A stretch of DNA of 64,000 nt from Myxococcales bacterium (GCA_016707895.1 JADJGV010000034.1:565625-629624); one strand, 5' to 3'; shown: positions 47,813-58,496, numbered from the stretch's first letter. The notes: a model not told the origin generated them from the letters alone. Numbers and translations: made by a program.

Positions 47813-48507
47813 GGCGTCGCGGGCGCGGGCGCGACGGGCGCCGGAGTGGGCGCGGCGGGGGCCGGCGCGGCGGGCTTCGGCGCGGGCGGGGCGGGAGTGG
47901 GTGCGGCGGGCTTTGGCGCGGGCGCGGCGGGTGCGGTCGGCGCGGTGGCCTTGCCGCCGCCCGTGCCCTTGCCGGTGCCGTCGCCCTTGCCGGTGCCATC
48001 GCCCTTGCCGCCGCCGGTGCCATCGCCCTTGCCGGTGCCGTCGCCCTTGCCGCCGCCGGGGGCGGTGGCCGCGCTGGCGTCGACGGTGGGCGGGGTCGCG
48101 GCCGCGCCGCCGTCACCGGCCACGCCGCCGTCGTCGGCCAGCGCCGCGGCGTCGACCGGCACCGCCGCGTCGACCGGGGGCGGTGGCGGCGTCTGCATGG
48201 CCTTCAGCTCCTGCTCGATCGCCTCGATCTCCTCGAGCTGCTTGCCCTTGAGCAGGCCGCAGGTCTTGAGCTGATCGAGCGAGCGCGCCTCCATGGCGCA
48301 CTTGACCGACGCCTTCTTGGCGGCGCCGCGGCACGAGCGGATCCACGCCGCGTCGGTGGCCGACTCGACGCTCATCTTCGACGTGCCCATCAGCGTGCGG
48401 ATGTTGGTGATCGCCTGCTTGCAGTCGGACTCCGACGGCTTGTCGCAACCGGCGACCATCGACACGCCCAGGACCAGCGACAGGCACCACGAGACAGGGA
48501 GCTTCAT
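47809..48507 (-). CDS. lipoprotein with KGDGTG and PAPAPK repeats
   Basis: GAGGA RBS, a VAGC lipobox, a Cys-containing N-terminal domain, then GKGDGT x5 and an Ala/Pro-rich tail. Start ATG 48507 overlaps the upstream gene's stop. Confidence 0.65.
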   Translation of the reverse strand: MKLPVSWCLSLVLGVSMVAGCDKPSESDCKQAITNIRTLMGTSKMSVESATDAAWIRSCRGAAKKASVKCAMEARSLDQLKTCGLLKGKQLEEIEAIEQELKAMQTPPPPPVDAAVPVDAAALADDGGVAGDGGAAATPPTVDASAATAPGGGKGDGTGKGDGTGGGKGDGTGKGDGTGKGTGGGKATAPTAPAAPAPKPAAPTPAPPAPKPAAPAPAAPTPAPVAPAPATP

Positions 48508-49306
48508 GACCATTCCTCGGAGGTGGACTCTACCAGCGCGATCGCGCGCGCGAGGTCTTGCCCGGTGTCGATCTCGCGCCACTGGCCGTGGATGGTCACC
48601 GGGTGGATCGGGGTGCCGCCGTCGATCAGCTCTTGCCACAGATCGGTGAGGTAGGCGTTGCGGTAGCGGGCGGCGCGCTGGAACGGCTCGTGGTCGCGGC
48701 CGCGGTAGCGGGCGGCGAGGTCGTCGAGGGCGGCGCCGACGATCGCCGCGCCGGCGGCGTCGAGCCGGGCCAGGCCGATGAACTCGCCGTGGGCCTCGGC
48801 CGGGGGCAGCGCGCGCTTGCCGACCCGGCGCACCCGGCCCGCGAGGTCGAGATCCGACACCTCGCCCTCGTCGAGCGGGTGCTCGGTCCGGCCCTCGTAG
48901 ATGTCGCGGAAGTCGGCGTCGATCACCAGGTCGATCGGCCCGCGGCCGGCCATCAGCGCGCGCACCACGCTGGGCGTGAAGATGATGTCGCTGTAGGTGA
49001 TCAGCGTCGGCCCGTCGAGCGCGGCGCGCGCGCACGCCAGCGACAGGAGGATGTTGTTGGTCTCCCACTCGGGGTTGTCGACGAAGGTGAGCCGCACGCC
49101 CGGGGGCGCCTCGGCCCGGGCGCCGGCCTCGAGGACGTCGCCGCGGTAGCCGCGGATCAGCACCAGCTCGTCGACGCCGGCGGCGGCGAACGCGCGCATC
49201 TGCCAGCCGAGCATCGTCCGGGCGCCGACCGGCACGAGCGTCTTGGGCACCTCGGCGGTGTGGGCGCCGAGCCGCTTGCCGCGACCGGCGGCGATGATGA
49301 TGGCCT

Positions 49307-49310
<4 letters not shown>
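48504..49310 (-). CDS. sugar/alcohol-phosphate nucleotidyltransferase (NTP_transferase family)
   Basis: N-terminal IIAAGRGKRLG motif. GTG start 49310 overlaps the upstream stop (GTGA). Confidence 0.8.
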
Positions 49311-50083
<773 letters not shown>

Positions 50084-50176
50084 AGCAGAAACCCGCGCCC
50101 CGCGCGGCCTGCGCGGAACCGCGATCCCCTACAACGCACGGAGCCGGAGCGGGAGCGGGAACCCGAGCCGGTCAGC

Positions 50177-51427
50177 TCAGAAGCTGCAGAGGGGCACCGG
50201 GCCGCACAGCCGGCTGTTGGGATCGCAGAAGCCGGCGGTGCACTGGTCGTCGCTGTTGCAGGCCGCGCCGTCGCCGAGCGGCCCCTCGCAGGCGCCGGTC
50301 GCGGCGCCGCTGACCTCGTTGGAGCAGTGCAGGCCGGTCGAGCACGAGTTGGGGTCGCTGGCGAAGACGCCGTCGCTCGAGCGCGTGCAGGTCGCGCCCA
50401 CCGCGCCGGCCGGCTGGCAGGTGCCGCCATCGCAAGCCAGCGTGGCGCCGCACCAGGCCTGGCCCTGGGCGGTGCCGCACGGCGCGCCGACGGTCAGCGA
50501 CGGCGTGCAGGTGCCGGGGCTGCCGCTGGGGCCGGCGCAGTACTGGTGGCCGAAGCAGCCGAAGATGCCGTCGCAGCTCGCGCCGGCGGCGCGCACGTCG
50601 CGGCAGATGCCGGTGGTGGTCGAGGTGTCGCCGACGCACAGGAGCTCGCCGAGACACTCGAGATCGTCGCTGCAGATCGAGCCGGCGGGCTTGCTCGTGG
50701 TGCAGGTGCCGGTGGCGGTGCTGTCGTTGTGGCCGCCGTTGCAGAACAGCCCCGGGTCGCAGTCGTTGCCGCCGTCGCACGGCCGGCCGGCCGCGCCCGA
50801 CTCGCACAGCGAGATGTCCATGTTGGTGGCGGTGTCGCGCTTGGACACGCAGTAGTCGGCGGGGCCGCAGAAGCCGCCGTTGGCGCACGACTGGCCGGTG
50901 GCCGCGGGCTTCCGGCACACCTTGCTGCCGCAGGCCTGGCCGCCCGACGGCGACTCGCAGCGGGCGCCGGCGGTGGCGCACTCGAAGTCGGCCTGGCACG
51001 CCGCGCCGTCGTTGACGTTGCCGACGATGGCGCCGCACTCGGCCAGCAGGTCGCCGCCGCTCTTCATCAGCTCGCAGGTGCCGGTGATCCGCGCGACGCA
51101 GCTGGCGGCGGCGGTGGGGTTCCACTGGGCGCGGCCGCGGGCGACGCTGTCGTCGAGCATGCGCCGGGCCGCCACCTGGGTCAGGTCGTTGAACAGGAAC
51201 AGCGGCAGGTGATCGCAGTCGAGGTGCGTGGTCGAGCTGCCGAAACAGTCGTCGATCAGGCTGCACGCGGCGCGGCTGAAGCAGACGAAGAACTCGTCGA
51301 CGGTGAGCGAGCTCGCGGCGCAGCCGTCGGCGGCGCTGTCGATGCCGGCGTCCTCGACGGCGGGCGGCACCTCGCCGCAAGCGGTGACCAGGGGGACGGC
51401 GACGAGCAGGGCGGCCACGATGCGCAT
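50177..51427 (-). CDS. Cys-rich secreted lipoprotein
   Basis: Start ATG 51427 (MRIVAALLVAVPLVTAC lipobox). More than 50 cysteines in repeated C-x-G-x-C modules. Confidence 0.7.
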   Translation of the reverse strand: MRIVAALLVAVPLVTACGEVPPAVEDAGIDSAADGCAASSLTVDEFFVCFSRAACSLIDDCFGSSTTHLDCDHLPLFLFNDLTQVAARRMLDDSVARGRAQWNPTAAASCVARITGTCELMKSGGDLLAECGAIVGNVNDGAACQADFECATAGARCESPSGGQACGSKVCRKPAATGQSCANGGFCGPADYCVSKRDTATNMDISLCESGAAGRPCDGGNDCDPGLFCNGGHNDSTATGTCTTSKPAGSICSDDLECLGELLCVGDTSTTTGICRDVRAAGASCDGIFGCFGHQYCAGPSGSPGTCTPSLTVGAPCGTAQGQAWCGATLACDGGTCQPAGAVGATCTRSSDGVFASDPNSCSTGLHCSNEVSGAATGACEGPLGDGAACNSDDQCTAGFCDPNSRLCGPVPLCSF

Positions 51428-52370
51428 CCCCACATTGTCGCGGGTCGCTCGGCCAGGCTCAAGGGGCACCGGCGGGCGCGCGACCGAGATCACGGCGGCG
51501 ATCCGCGCTACCCTCGCCGCGGTGCCGCCGCGCTTCACCTGGCATGACGTGGCCGCCTGGTTCCCGGTGCGGGTGCTGCGCCACAGCCGGCGCGACGACG
51601 CGCCGGTGCTGGCCGCGGGCGTCGCGATGTACCTGCTGCTGGGGCTGTTGCCCACGCTGGCGGCGGTGGTGTCGATCTACGCGCTGATCGCCGACCCGAC
51701 GCAGATCGAGGGCCACCTCGCCGGCCTGGATCGGGTCGTGCCCGACGACGTCTACCGCCTGCTGGTCGATCAGCTGCAGCGCGCCAGCCACCGCTCCGAC
51801 GACGAGCTGCGCCTGACCCTGGCCGGCGCGGTCGTGCTGGCGCTGTGGTCGAGCCGCGCCTCGGCCAACGCGCTCCTGGTCGGCATCGAGCGCATCGACG
51901 GCACCCGCAGCCGGTGGCGCGGCTGGCGGCGGCTGGTGCTGACGACCCTGCTCGCGCTGGGCGCGCTGTTCTCGGCGGTGACGCTGCTCGCGGTGGTGGT
52001 GGCCATGCCGGCGACCAGCGCGACGCTCGCGCCGGGGCTGCGCAGCTGGCTGGTGGCGCTGCGCTGGCCGGCGCTGATCCTCACCGGCGTGACCGGGCTG
52101 TCGGTGCTGTACGCGCTGGGCGGGCCGCCGCGGCCCAAGCGGCAGATCATCCCCGGCGCGCTGGTCGCGACCGCGCTGGGCTTGCTCGCGTCGCTGGGCG
52201 TCTCGTACTACGTGGCCGATCTGGCCAGCTACCAGTCGCTGTACGGCACGTTCGGCAGCGCGATGGTGGTGGTGCTGTGGTTCTACGCCTGCTCGCTGGC
52301 GGTGATGATCGGCGCGGTCGTCAACACCGAGCTGCGCGTGCCGAGCGACCCGTCGTGGTCGCGGTACTGA
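51420..52370 (+). CDS. YihY/BrkB-family membrane protein
   Basis: Six TM helices matching the YihY family. Start ATG about 51420 (MRIPTLS). Confidence 0.7.
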   Translation: MRIPTLSRVARPGSRGTGGRATEITAAIRATLAAVPPRFTWHDVAAWFPVRVLRHSRRDDAPVLAAGVAMYLLLGLLPTLAAVVSIYALIADPTQIEGHLAGLDRVVPDDVYRLLVDQLQRASHRSDDELRLTLAGAVVLALWSSRASANALLVGIERIDGTRSRWRGWRRLVLTTLLALGALFSAVTLLAVVVAMPATSATLAPGLRSWLVALRWPALILTGVTGLSVLYALGGPPRPKRQIIPGALVATALGLLASLGVSYYVADLASYQSLYGTFGSAMVVVLWFYACSLAVMIGAVVNTELRVPSDPSWSRY

Positions 52371-52375
52371 ATTTC

Positions 52376-52504
52376 AGGAGGGCGTGTCGCCACGCCCTCC
52401 CCCGTCGGGTCATGCCCCGACGGGGCCCCCTCCCAAGACGCGAAACGCCTGGCGCATGGGTCGGTGCTCGGCCGAAATACTCACAAGCTCTGAGTTTCAG
52501 GAGG
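52376..52504. repeat. intergenic REP-like element (family B) flanked by a 14-bp direct repeat TGARTTTCAGGAGG
   Basis: Hairpin GGAGGGCGTGTCGCCACGCCCTCC, then the CCCGTCGGGTCATGCCCCGACGGGGCCCCCTCCCAAGACGCGAAAC motif. The direct repeats are at 52368-52381 and 52491-52504. Confidence 0.55.
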
Positions 52505-52539
52505 TGCGTCGCTGAGCGCGCGCGCCGGCCTCCCCGCGG

Positions 52540-53001
52540 CTACGCCGCCGCGTAGGCGCGCTCGAGCGCCGCGACGTCGAGCTTCACCATCGTCATCATG
52601 GCGGCCATCACGGCCTTCACCTTCACCGGGTCCGGGTCGCCGATCAGCTCCATGAATCGCCGGGGGACGATCTGCCACGTGACGCCGAACGGATCGGTGA
52701 TCCAGCCGCACTGCGACGGCTTCGCGCCGGCCTCGAGGAGCTTGTCCCAGTACGCGTCGACCTCCGCCTGGTCCGCGCAGTCGACGTAGAGGGAGAAGCC
52801 TTCGGAGAAGCTGAAGTACGGCCCCCCGTTGTAGCCCATGAAGACCTGACCACCGACGACGAACTCGGCGGAGGCGACCGGGCCGTCCTGGCCAGCGCGG
52901 GCCACGCTCCTGATCTGGGAGTCCGGGAACGTGGCGGTGTAGAACGCCATGGCCGCCTCGAGCTGATCGTTGAACATCAGGAACGGGGTCACCTTGGTCA
53001 T
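52540..53001 (-). CDS. VOC-family (glyoxalase/PhnB-like) protein
   Basis: PhnB/3-demethylubiquinone-methyltransferase-like signature (FLMFNDQ..A..FY...F). Confidence 0.85.
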   Translation of the reverse strand: MTKVTPFLMFNDQLEAAMAFYTATFPDSQIRSVARAGQDGPVASAEFVVGGQVFMGYNGGPYFSFSEGFSLYVDCADQAEVDAYWDKLLEAGAKPSQCGWITDPFGVTWQIVPRRFMELIGDPDPVKVKAVMAAMMTMVKLDVAALERAYAAA

Positions 53002-53143
53002 CGGAGATGCTCCTCGTGGCGAGGCGCGATGGTAGCCGAAGGCGTCGGGGCCGGCGCCGGCGTCGGCGTGGGCGTCGGCGCCTGGGCGCCGGTGGCTGGT
53101 CGTTCGACTGGATCGCCGGCGAGGCCCGGTCTACCGTGATCGC

Positions 53144-53722
53144 GTGAGTTCCGTGCCGTGCCCGGCCTGCGGCGTGGCGGTGACCGCCGGGTACCCGCGC
53201 TGTCCGCGTTGCCACGCGCCGATGCCGGGCGCGGGCGCGCCGCGCGGGCGCCGCGACACCAACCAGGGCGGCGGCACCACCGTCGCCAAGGAGCGCCCGT
53301 CGCGGTGGAGCGCGGTGGCGTTGGTGATCGCGCTGATCGCCGTGGTCGCCGGCGTGGTGGCGCTGGTGCTGACCCGCGGCGCCGCCCACCACACGGTGGC
53401 CGAGCCGACGGTGACGCCGGTCGCGCCGCCGCCGGTCTCGGCGCGCACGCTCGACGAGCCCGAGGCTGCCCCGACCGCGGTGGCGCCGGTTCGCGATCCG
53501 TGGCCGGTGCTCGATCGCCTCGAGCGCACCGCCGCCGGCGAGCGGCTGTACGTCAAGGCCACCACCCGCGGCGCGAGCGTGGAGCTGCGCTCGAGCTTCT
53601 GCGCCGAGGCCCGGGTGCAGGCGCTGGTCGACGCCGCGCTGCCGGCGCTGCGCGAGCAGGGCGTCGCGCGCGTGACCTGCGTGGCGCTGCACGGCGCTGC
53701 GGTGTTCGTCCGGACGTTGTGA
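53144..53722 (+). CDS. zinc-ribbon membrane protein, hypothetical
   Basis: N-terminal CPACG...CPRC zinc ribbon, a TM helix and a C-terminal globular domain. Confidence 0.45.
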   Translation: MSSVPCPACGVAVTAGYPRCPRCHAPMPGAGAPRGRRDTNQGGGTTVAKERPSRWSAVALVIALIAVVAGVVALVLTRGAAHHTVAEPTVTPVAPPPVSARTLDEPEAAPTAVAPVRDPWPVLDRLERTAAGERLYVKATTRGASVELRSSFCAEARVQALVDAALPALREQGVARVTCVALHGAAVFVRTL

Positions 53723-53755
53723 CCGCGCCGCGCGCCGTGGCACAGTGCGCGCCCC

Positions 53756-54115
53756 GTGACCGACCTCCGCGACTCAGGTCCCCGCCGTCCTCACCGCCTG
53801 ATCCTCCCGCTGGGCATGCGGGTGCTGGTGCGGATCATCAAGGACGGCGATCGCACCGACAGCGGGCTGTACCTGCCGGCCGGCGCCAAGGAGGCGCAGG
53901 ACGAGGCGCTGTACGGCGAGGTGGTCGAGGTCGCCCGCGATCGGCCGACGTCGGATGACGTGGCCGAAAACGTCTCGGGCGTGCCGCACGGGGCTCGGGT
54001 GCTGTTCAGAAAGGAAGCTGGCGTACGCGTCCCGTGGGACGAGGCGCTGCGGCTGCTCGACGTGAAGGACGTGCTCGCGACCGTCGAGGAGATCGGCGAC
54101 GACGAGGCGCATTGA
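53756..54115 (+). CDS. GroES-like co-chaperonin family protein (stand-alone)
   Basis: Pattern L.PLG.RVLV.....D.....GL.LP..AKE...EA..GEVV.V matches Cpn10. Confidence 0.55.
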   Translation: MTDLRDSGPRRPHRLILPLGMRVLVRIIKDGDRTDSGLYLPAGAKEAQDEALYGEVVEVARDRPTSDDVAENVSGVPHGARVLFRKEAGVRVPWDEALRLLDVKDVLATVEEIGDDEAH

Positions 54116-54193
54116 TCCGCGTCACACCGTCGGGACTCTTCTTAGCCGAACTCGGAGGATGTTCAGCGCGGCGGCGACCTCTACAATGGAGGG

Positions 54194-54505
54194 ATGGCTG
54201 ATGACTCTCGCTACCATGTGCGGCGCGGCGCGCGCGAGCGCATCGTCGACGTCGTCGGCGGCAGCCGCCCGCCGCCGGCGCGGCTGGCCGAGGGCAGCGA
54301 CTCGGCGATCTCGCCCCCGACCGGCGACGAGCTCGGCGACCTGGCGCCGCCGCGCGACGCGGTGCCGGTGCGGTTCGGCGCCGAGGCGGTGGTGATCGAG
54401 CACCAGGGCGATCGGGTGACGCTGGTGCTGCCGGGCGCGATCCGCGTGACCGGCACGATCGAAGAGGCGCGGCGGCTGGCGGCGGCGCTGTTGCGGACGA
54501 CGTGA
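54194..54505 (+). CDS. hypothetical small protein
   Basis: GGAGGG RBS upstream. No recognisable domain. Confidence 0.3.
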   Translation: MADDSRYHVRRGARERIVDVVGGSRPPPARLAEGSDSAISPPTGDELGDLAPPRDAVPVRFGAEAVVIEHQGDRVTLVLPGAIRVTGTIEEARRLAAALLRTT

Positions 54506-54511
54506 CAGGGG

Positions 54512-55666
54512 CTAGCGGCGGCGACGGCGCCGCAGCGCGAGGGCGGCGACGGCGATGATCGGGCTCGGCCACGGCCGGCCGCTGGTCGAGCAGCAGCCGG
54601 CGTCGAGCGGGTCGGGCGCGGCGCACACGCCGGGATCGTCGGCGGTCGGGTAGATCGCGCACAGCGCGGCGACCTCGTCGTCGGACAAGGTCGCCTTCGA
54701 GGTCTCGGCGCACTCCTGGAACGGGAACATGGTGGCGTCGATCTGCGCCGGGGTCAGCGGGCTGGTGCACAGCGGCACCGGCTGGCCGGCGCCGTCGACG
54801 TGCGGGGCGTCGGCCGGCGTCAGGCAGGTGTGCTCGAGGCCGAGCAGGTGGCCGATCTCGTGGGTCAGCGTGTTGGCCAGATCGGCCTGGCAGCCGGGCG
54901 GGCCGTCCGACTGGCCGTCGACCGCGAGCGCGAAGTCGACGCCGTTGAGCTCGATGTCGGCGTCGACCAGCTCGCCGTCGCGCGGGTCGCCCGGCTCGTT
55001 GACGTAGACCGCGGTGGTGACGCCGGCGGCGGCGTGGCTGTGGCACTTCATCGGCTTGCCGTCGACGGCGGGCCGGCACCACGTCGTGTCGCGGAACTTG
55101 ATCACCGAGACGAAGTCGCGGCCCGACACCTCGCGGTCCACCGGCCCCAGGCTGACGACGTGCTGGTACGCGCAGCCGCCGATGCGCTGGTTCCAGTGGG
55201 CGATCACCGCCTCGATCACCTCGCGCTCGCGATCGCCCGGGATCGCGGTGGTGCCCTCGATGGCGTAGGCCAGCTGGACGCAGCCCTTGGCCCAGGCCAG
55301 CGGCCGGCCGCTGCGATTCGTGATGGTCTGGACGTACGGGCCGCGGCCGATCGGCGTGCGATCGACGACGCGATCGGCGAACCACCGGCCGGGCCCGGCG
55401 GCGCGGGCGGTGACCTCGGCGCGCATGCCGACCGCCAGCCGCGGCTCGTCGTCGAACACCACCATCGTGTAGCCGTCGGCGGTGCCGCCCAGTTGCTCGA
55501 TCGTGACGTCGCCGGCGGCGGTGCGGACGGTGGCGGTGGTGACGATCGCGCGATCGTCGTCGCTCCACGCGGCCTGGGTGGCGACCACGTCGCCGACCAG
55601 CACCGCGGCGGTCGCCGGGGTGGCCGTGAGGGCCAGGGCCGTGCACGCGAGGGCGAGCCGCGACAT
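54512..55666 (-). CDS. zinc metalloprotease with MYXO-CTERM sorting signal
   Basis: HEIGHLLGLEH zinc-binding motif, a signal peptide, and a C-terminal GCCSTSGRPW...IAVAALALRRRRR (MYXO-CTERM). Confidence 0.8.
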   Translation of the reverse strand: MSRLALACTALALTATPATAAVLVGDVVATQAAWSDDDRAIVTTATVRTAAGDVTIEQLGGTADGYTMVVFDDEPRLAVGMRAEVTARAAGPGRWFADRVVDRTPIGRGPYVQTITNRSGRPLAWAKGCVQLAYAIEGTTAIPGDREREVIEAVIAHWNQRIGGCAYQHVVSLGPVDREVSGRDFVSVIKFRDTTWCRPAVDGKPMKCHSHAAAGVTTAVYVNEPGDPRDGELVDADIELNGVDFALAVDGQSDGPPGCQADLANTLTHEIGHLLGLEHTCLTPADAPHVDGAGQPVPLCTSPLTPAQIDATMFPFQECAETSKATLSDDEVAALCAIYPTADDPGVCAAPDPLDAGCCSTSGRPWPSPIIAVAALALRRRRRR

Positions 55667-55713
55667 CGCGGCGAGGTTACCACTGGCCGCCGCCGTCGCG
55701 GGGGGCGGCGCGG

Positions 55714-57045
55714 GTGCGCTACGTTCGCCCCGTGGCCAGACGCAACGCCAGCATCCCCGACGCGAGCGCGGTCAACGCGCAGTGGCTCATCCAGTTGCGC
55801 TGGGCGCAGATCGTCGGCCAGGCGGCGACGGTGCTGGGCGCCGACGTGCTGCTCGGCGTCGACCTGCCGCTGTACCTGCTGTGGGCGGTGGTGGCGGTGG
55901 GGCTGGGCTCGAACCTCGCGCTCGCGGCCTCGGTGCGGCGGCGCGGGCGCGCCGACGGCCGGGTGCTGGCGGCGGTGATGGCGCTCGACATCGCGGCGCT
56001 GACCGGGCTCCTGTACCTGACCGGCGGCGCCGACAACCCGTTCGGCTTCCTGTACCTGGTGCAGATCGCGCTGGCGACGGTGATCCTCGAGGCGGCGTGG
56101 ACCTGGGCGCTGGTGGCGCTGTCGTTCCTGGGTTTCGGCCTCCTGCTCCTGCTCGACCACCGGCCGCTGACGGTGTCGCCGCACACCCGCGCGATCGGCG
56201 TGTGGGTCGCGCTCGGCGTCGCCTCGGCGTTCATCGTCCACTTCCTGTTGCGCGTGACCCACGCGCTGGCGGCGCGCGACGCCGAGCTGGCCGAGGCCCA
56301 CAACCTGGCCGCGCGGCAGGAGCGCCTGGCGTCCCTGGCGACGATGGCCGCCGGCGCGGCCCACGAGCTGGCCACGCCGCTGGGCACGGTGGCGCTGGTG
56401 GCCAAGGAGCTCGAGCGCCACCTCGCCGGCCACGAGGACCGGACGCTGGCCGAGGACGCGCGGCTGATCCGCGAGCAGGTCGGGCGCTGCCGGGCCATCC
56501 TCGATCAGATGGCCGGCGGCACCGGCGCGGCCGGCGAGGGCCTGGTGTCGCAGCCGGTGGCCGAGGTGCTCGCCGAGGCGATGACGATCGTCCGCCCCGA
56601 GCCGTCGATCCGCACCAGCGTCACCCCCGAGGTCGCGGCGACGGTGGTCAACCTGCCGGTGCGGGCGGTGACCCAGGCGCTGCGGTCGCTGATCACCAAC
56701 GCCCAGGACGCGTCGCCGGCCGGCAGCGAGGTGCTGGTGTCGGCCACCTGCCGCGCCGGGGTGCTGGCGATCGACGTCGTCGACCGCGGCCGCGGCATGA
56801 GCGCCGAGGTGCTGGCCCGGATCGGCGAGCCGTTCTACACCACGAAGCAGCCCGGCCGCGGCATGGGCCTGGGCCTGTTCCTGGCCCGGGCGGTGTTCGA
56901 GAGCATCGGCGGGGCGATGGCGATCGACTCGCGCGAGGGGGCGGGGACCCGGGTCACCGTGACCATGCCGACCGACGCCGCGGCCCGGGCCCAACGCGGC
57001 CGCGGCACGCCGCGAGCCACGAACGCCCCGGCCGGTGGTATCTAA
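55714..57045 (+). CDS. regB: RegB/PrrB-type redox-sensing histidine kinase
   Basis: Six TM helices, the H-box AAGAAHELATPLGT, HATPase N and G boxes, and the adjacent RegA-type regulator. Confidence 0.8.
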   Translation: MRYVRPVARRNASIPDASAVNAQWLIQLRWAQIVGQAATVLGADVLLGVDLPLYLLWAVVAVGLGSNLALAASVRRRGRADGRVLAAVMALDIAALTGLLYLTGGADNPFGFLYLVQIALATVILEAAWTWALVALSFLGFGLLLLLDHRPLTVSPHTRAIGVWVALGVASAFIVHFLLRVTHALAARDAELAEAHNLAARQERLASLATMAAGAAHELATPLGTVALVAKELERHLAGHEDRTLAEDARLIREQVGRCRAILDQMAGGTGAAGEGLVSQPVAEVLAEAMTIVRPEPSIRTSVTPEVAATVVNLPVRAVTQALRSLITNAQDASPAGSEVLVSATCRAGVLAIDVVDRGRGMSAEVLARIGEPFYTTKQPGRGMGLGLFLARAVFESIGGAMAIDSREGAGTRVTVTMPTDAAARAQRGRGTPRATNAPAGGI

Positions 57046-57051
57046 GGGGCG

Positions 57052-57597
57052 ATGTCCGAGACCAAGCCCTCCCTGCTCCTGTGCGACGACGACGAGGTCT
57101 TCCGCACCCGCACCGCCCGCGCCTTCACCGAGCGCGGCTTCGAGGTGTCGACGGCCCACGACTTCGACAGCGCGGTCGCGGTGGCGCGCGGCGAGTCGCC
57201 CGAGCTCGCGGTGGTCGACCTCAAGATGCCCGGCAAGGGTGGCCTCGAGCTGGTCAAGGCGCTGCTCGAGATCGATCCCCACACCAAGATCGTCGTCCTG
57301 ACCGGCTACGGCTCGATCGCGACCGCGGTCGACGCGGTCCGGCTGGGCGCGACCTACTACCTGGCCAAGCCGGCCGACGCCGACGAGATCCTCGCCGCGT
57401 TCGCCCGCGGCCAGGCGCCGCCGCTCGAGCCGCCCGACTCCGACTACCGCGCGCCGAGCCTGGCCCGCGCCGAGTGGGAGCACATCAACCGCGTGCTGTC
57501 GGACTGCGGCGGCAACATCTCCGAGGCGGCGCGCCGGCTCGGCATCCACCGCCGGTCGCTGCAGCGCAAGCTGCAGAAGTACCCGCCGAATCGTTGA
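57052..57597 (+). CDS. regA: RegA/PrrA/ActR-type response regulator (Fis-type HTH)
   Basis: Receiver (LLLCDDDE...DLKMPGKGG...TGYGS) plus a C-terminal Fis-like HTH (GNISEAARRLGIHRRSLQRKL). Confidence 0.9.
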   Translation: MSETKPSLLLCDDDEVFRTRTARAFTERGFEVSTAHDFDSAVAVARGESPELAVVDLKMPGKGGLELVKALLEIDPHTKIVVLTGYGSIATAVDAVRLGATYYLAKPADADEILAAFARGQAPPLEPPDSDYRAPSLARAEWEHINRVLSDCGGNISEAARRLGIHRRSLQRKLQKYPPNR

Positions 57598-57600
57598 TTA

Positions 57601-57716
57601 GAGGGCCTGTCGCCAGGCCCAGGTGGAGGCAGGTGGGGCACCGGTTGCATGAACCACGGACGTGCGCGTGGGGACGCCGGACGTCCCCGACGGGGCCCCA
57701 CCCAAGACGCGAGACA
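57601..57716. repeat. terminator hairpin plus family-B REP-like motif downstream of regA
   Basis: GGGCCTGTCGCCAGGCCC hairpin (same TCGC loop as at 52386), then GTCCCCGACGGGGCCCCACCCAAGACGCGAGAC. Confidence 0.55.
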
Positions 57717-57743
57717 TCCAGCGCGACCGCGTAGACCATCGCG

Positions 57744-58496
57744 TCACAGCCGCCACGCGACGGCGGCGGTGGCCATCAGCGTGTCGACCGCGCGATCGCG
57801 GGCGTCGACCGGCACCTCGAGCGCGAGATCGACGGTGACGTGGCGGTCGCGGTAGCGGCCTCCCAGCGCCAGCGTGTGGACGAACGTCTCGTCGCGCGGC
57901 TCGACCAGCGCGTAGCTGGTGGTGGCGAAGCCGGCGGTGAGGCCGACGGTGTCGGTCAGCGCGACCGCGCCGGCCAGATCGACGTGCACCAGCGGCAGCG
58001 CGTCGGCGTCGGTGCGCAGCGTGAGCGCGAGGCCGGCGGCGACCGAGACCTCGCCGAGGCGGTTGGCCCAGCGGCGCCCGCCGCCGGCGGCCAGCGTGGT
58101 GGCGCGGGCCAGCCACGGGGTGGGATCGTCGCGGTGGGCGGCGGCCATCGCGGCGGCGACCGCGCCGCCGTCGCCGCGCCGGCTGGCGGCCGGCAAGGTC
58201 AGCGCCAGCTCGAGCCAGGTGGTCGGGGCCAGCCGGTAGCGGGCCCGGGCGTGCGGGTTGGCCAGGGTCGCCGCGGTCGAGGTGCCGGTGGTGGCGATCG
58301 CGACGCCGATCGCGCCGTCGATCGTCAGCGCGGCGCCCAGCGGCTCCTGCCACCACACCGCCGCGGTGCCGCCGTCGAGGCCGGCGGTGTGCAGGTAGCC
58401 GCCGGTCGCGCCCGCGGCGCGGCCGCCGTCGTCGGCGTGGGCCGAGCCAGCGCACAGCGCCAGGCACGCGAGGACGCGGTGCACGCCGGCAGGGTG
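57744..58496 (-). CDS. secreted/outer-membrane hypothetical protein
   Basis: Signal peptide (VLACLALCAGSAHA) and alternating beta-strand-like segments. The start is TTG or GTG. Confidence 0.45.
   Translation of the reverse strand, partial: HPAGVHRVLACLALCAGSAHADDGGRAAGATGGYLHTAGLDGGTAAVWWQEPLGAALTIDGAIGVAIATTGTSTAATLANPHARARYRLAPTTWLELALTLPAASRRGDGGAVAAAMAAAHRDDPTPWLARATTLAAGGGRRWANRLGEVSVAAGLALTLRTDADALPLVHVDLAGAVALTDTVGLTAGFATTSYALVEPRDETFVHTLALGGRYRDRHVTVDLALEVPVDARDRAVDTLMATAAVAWRL

Noticed and set aside
55216-57549. 777-aa ORF on - strand
   Set aside because: Antisense to regB and regA, and low complexity.
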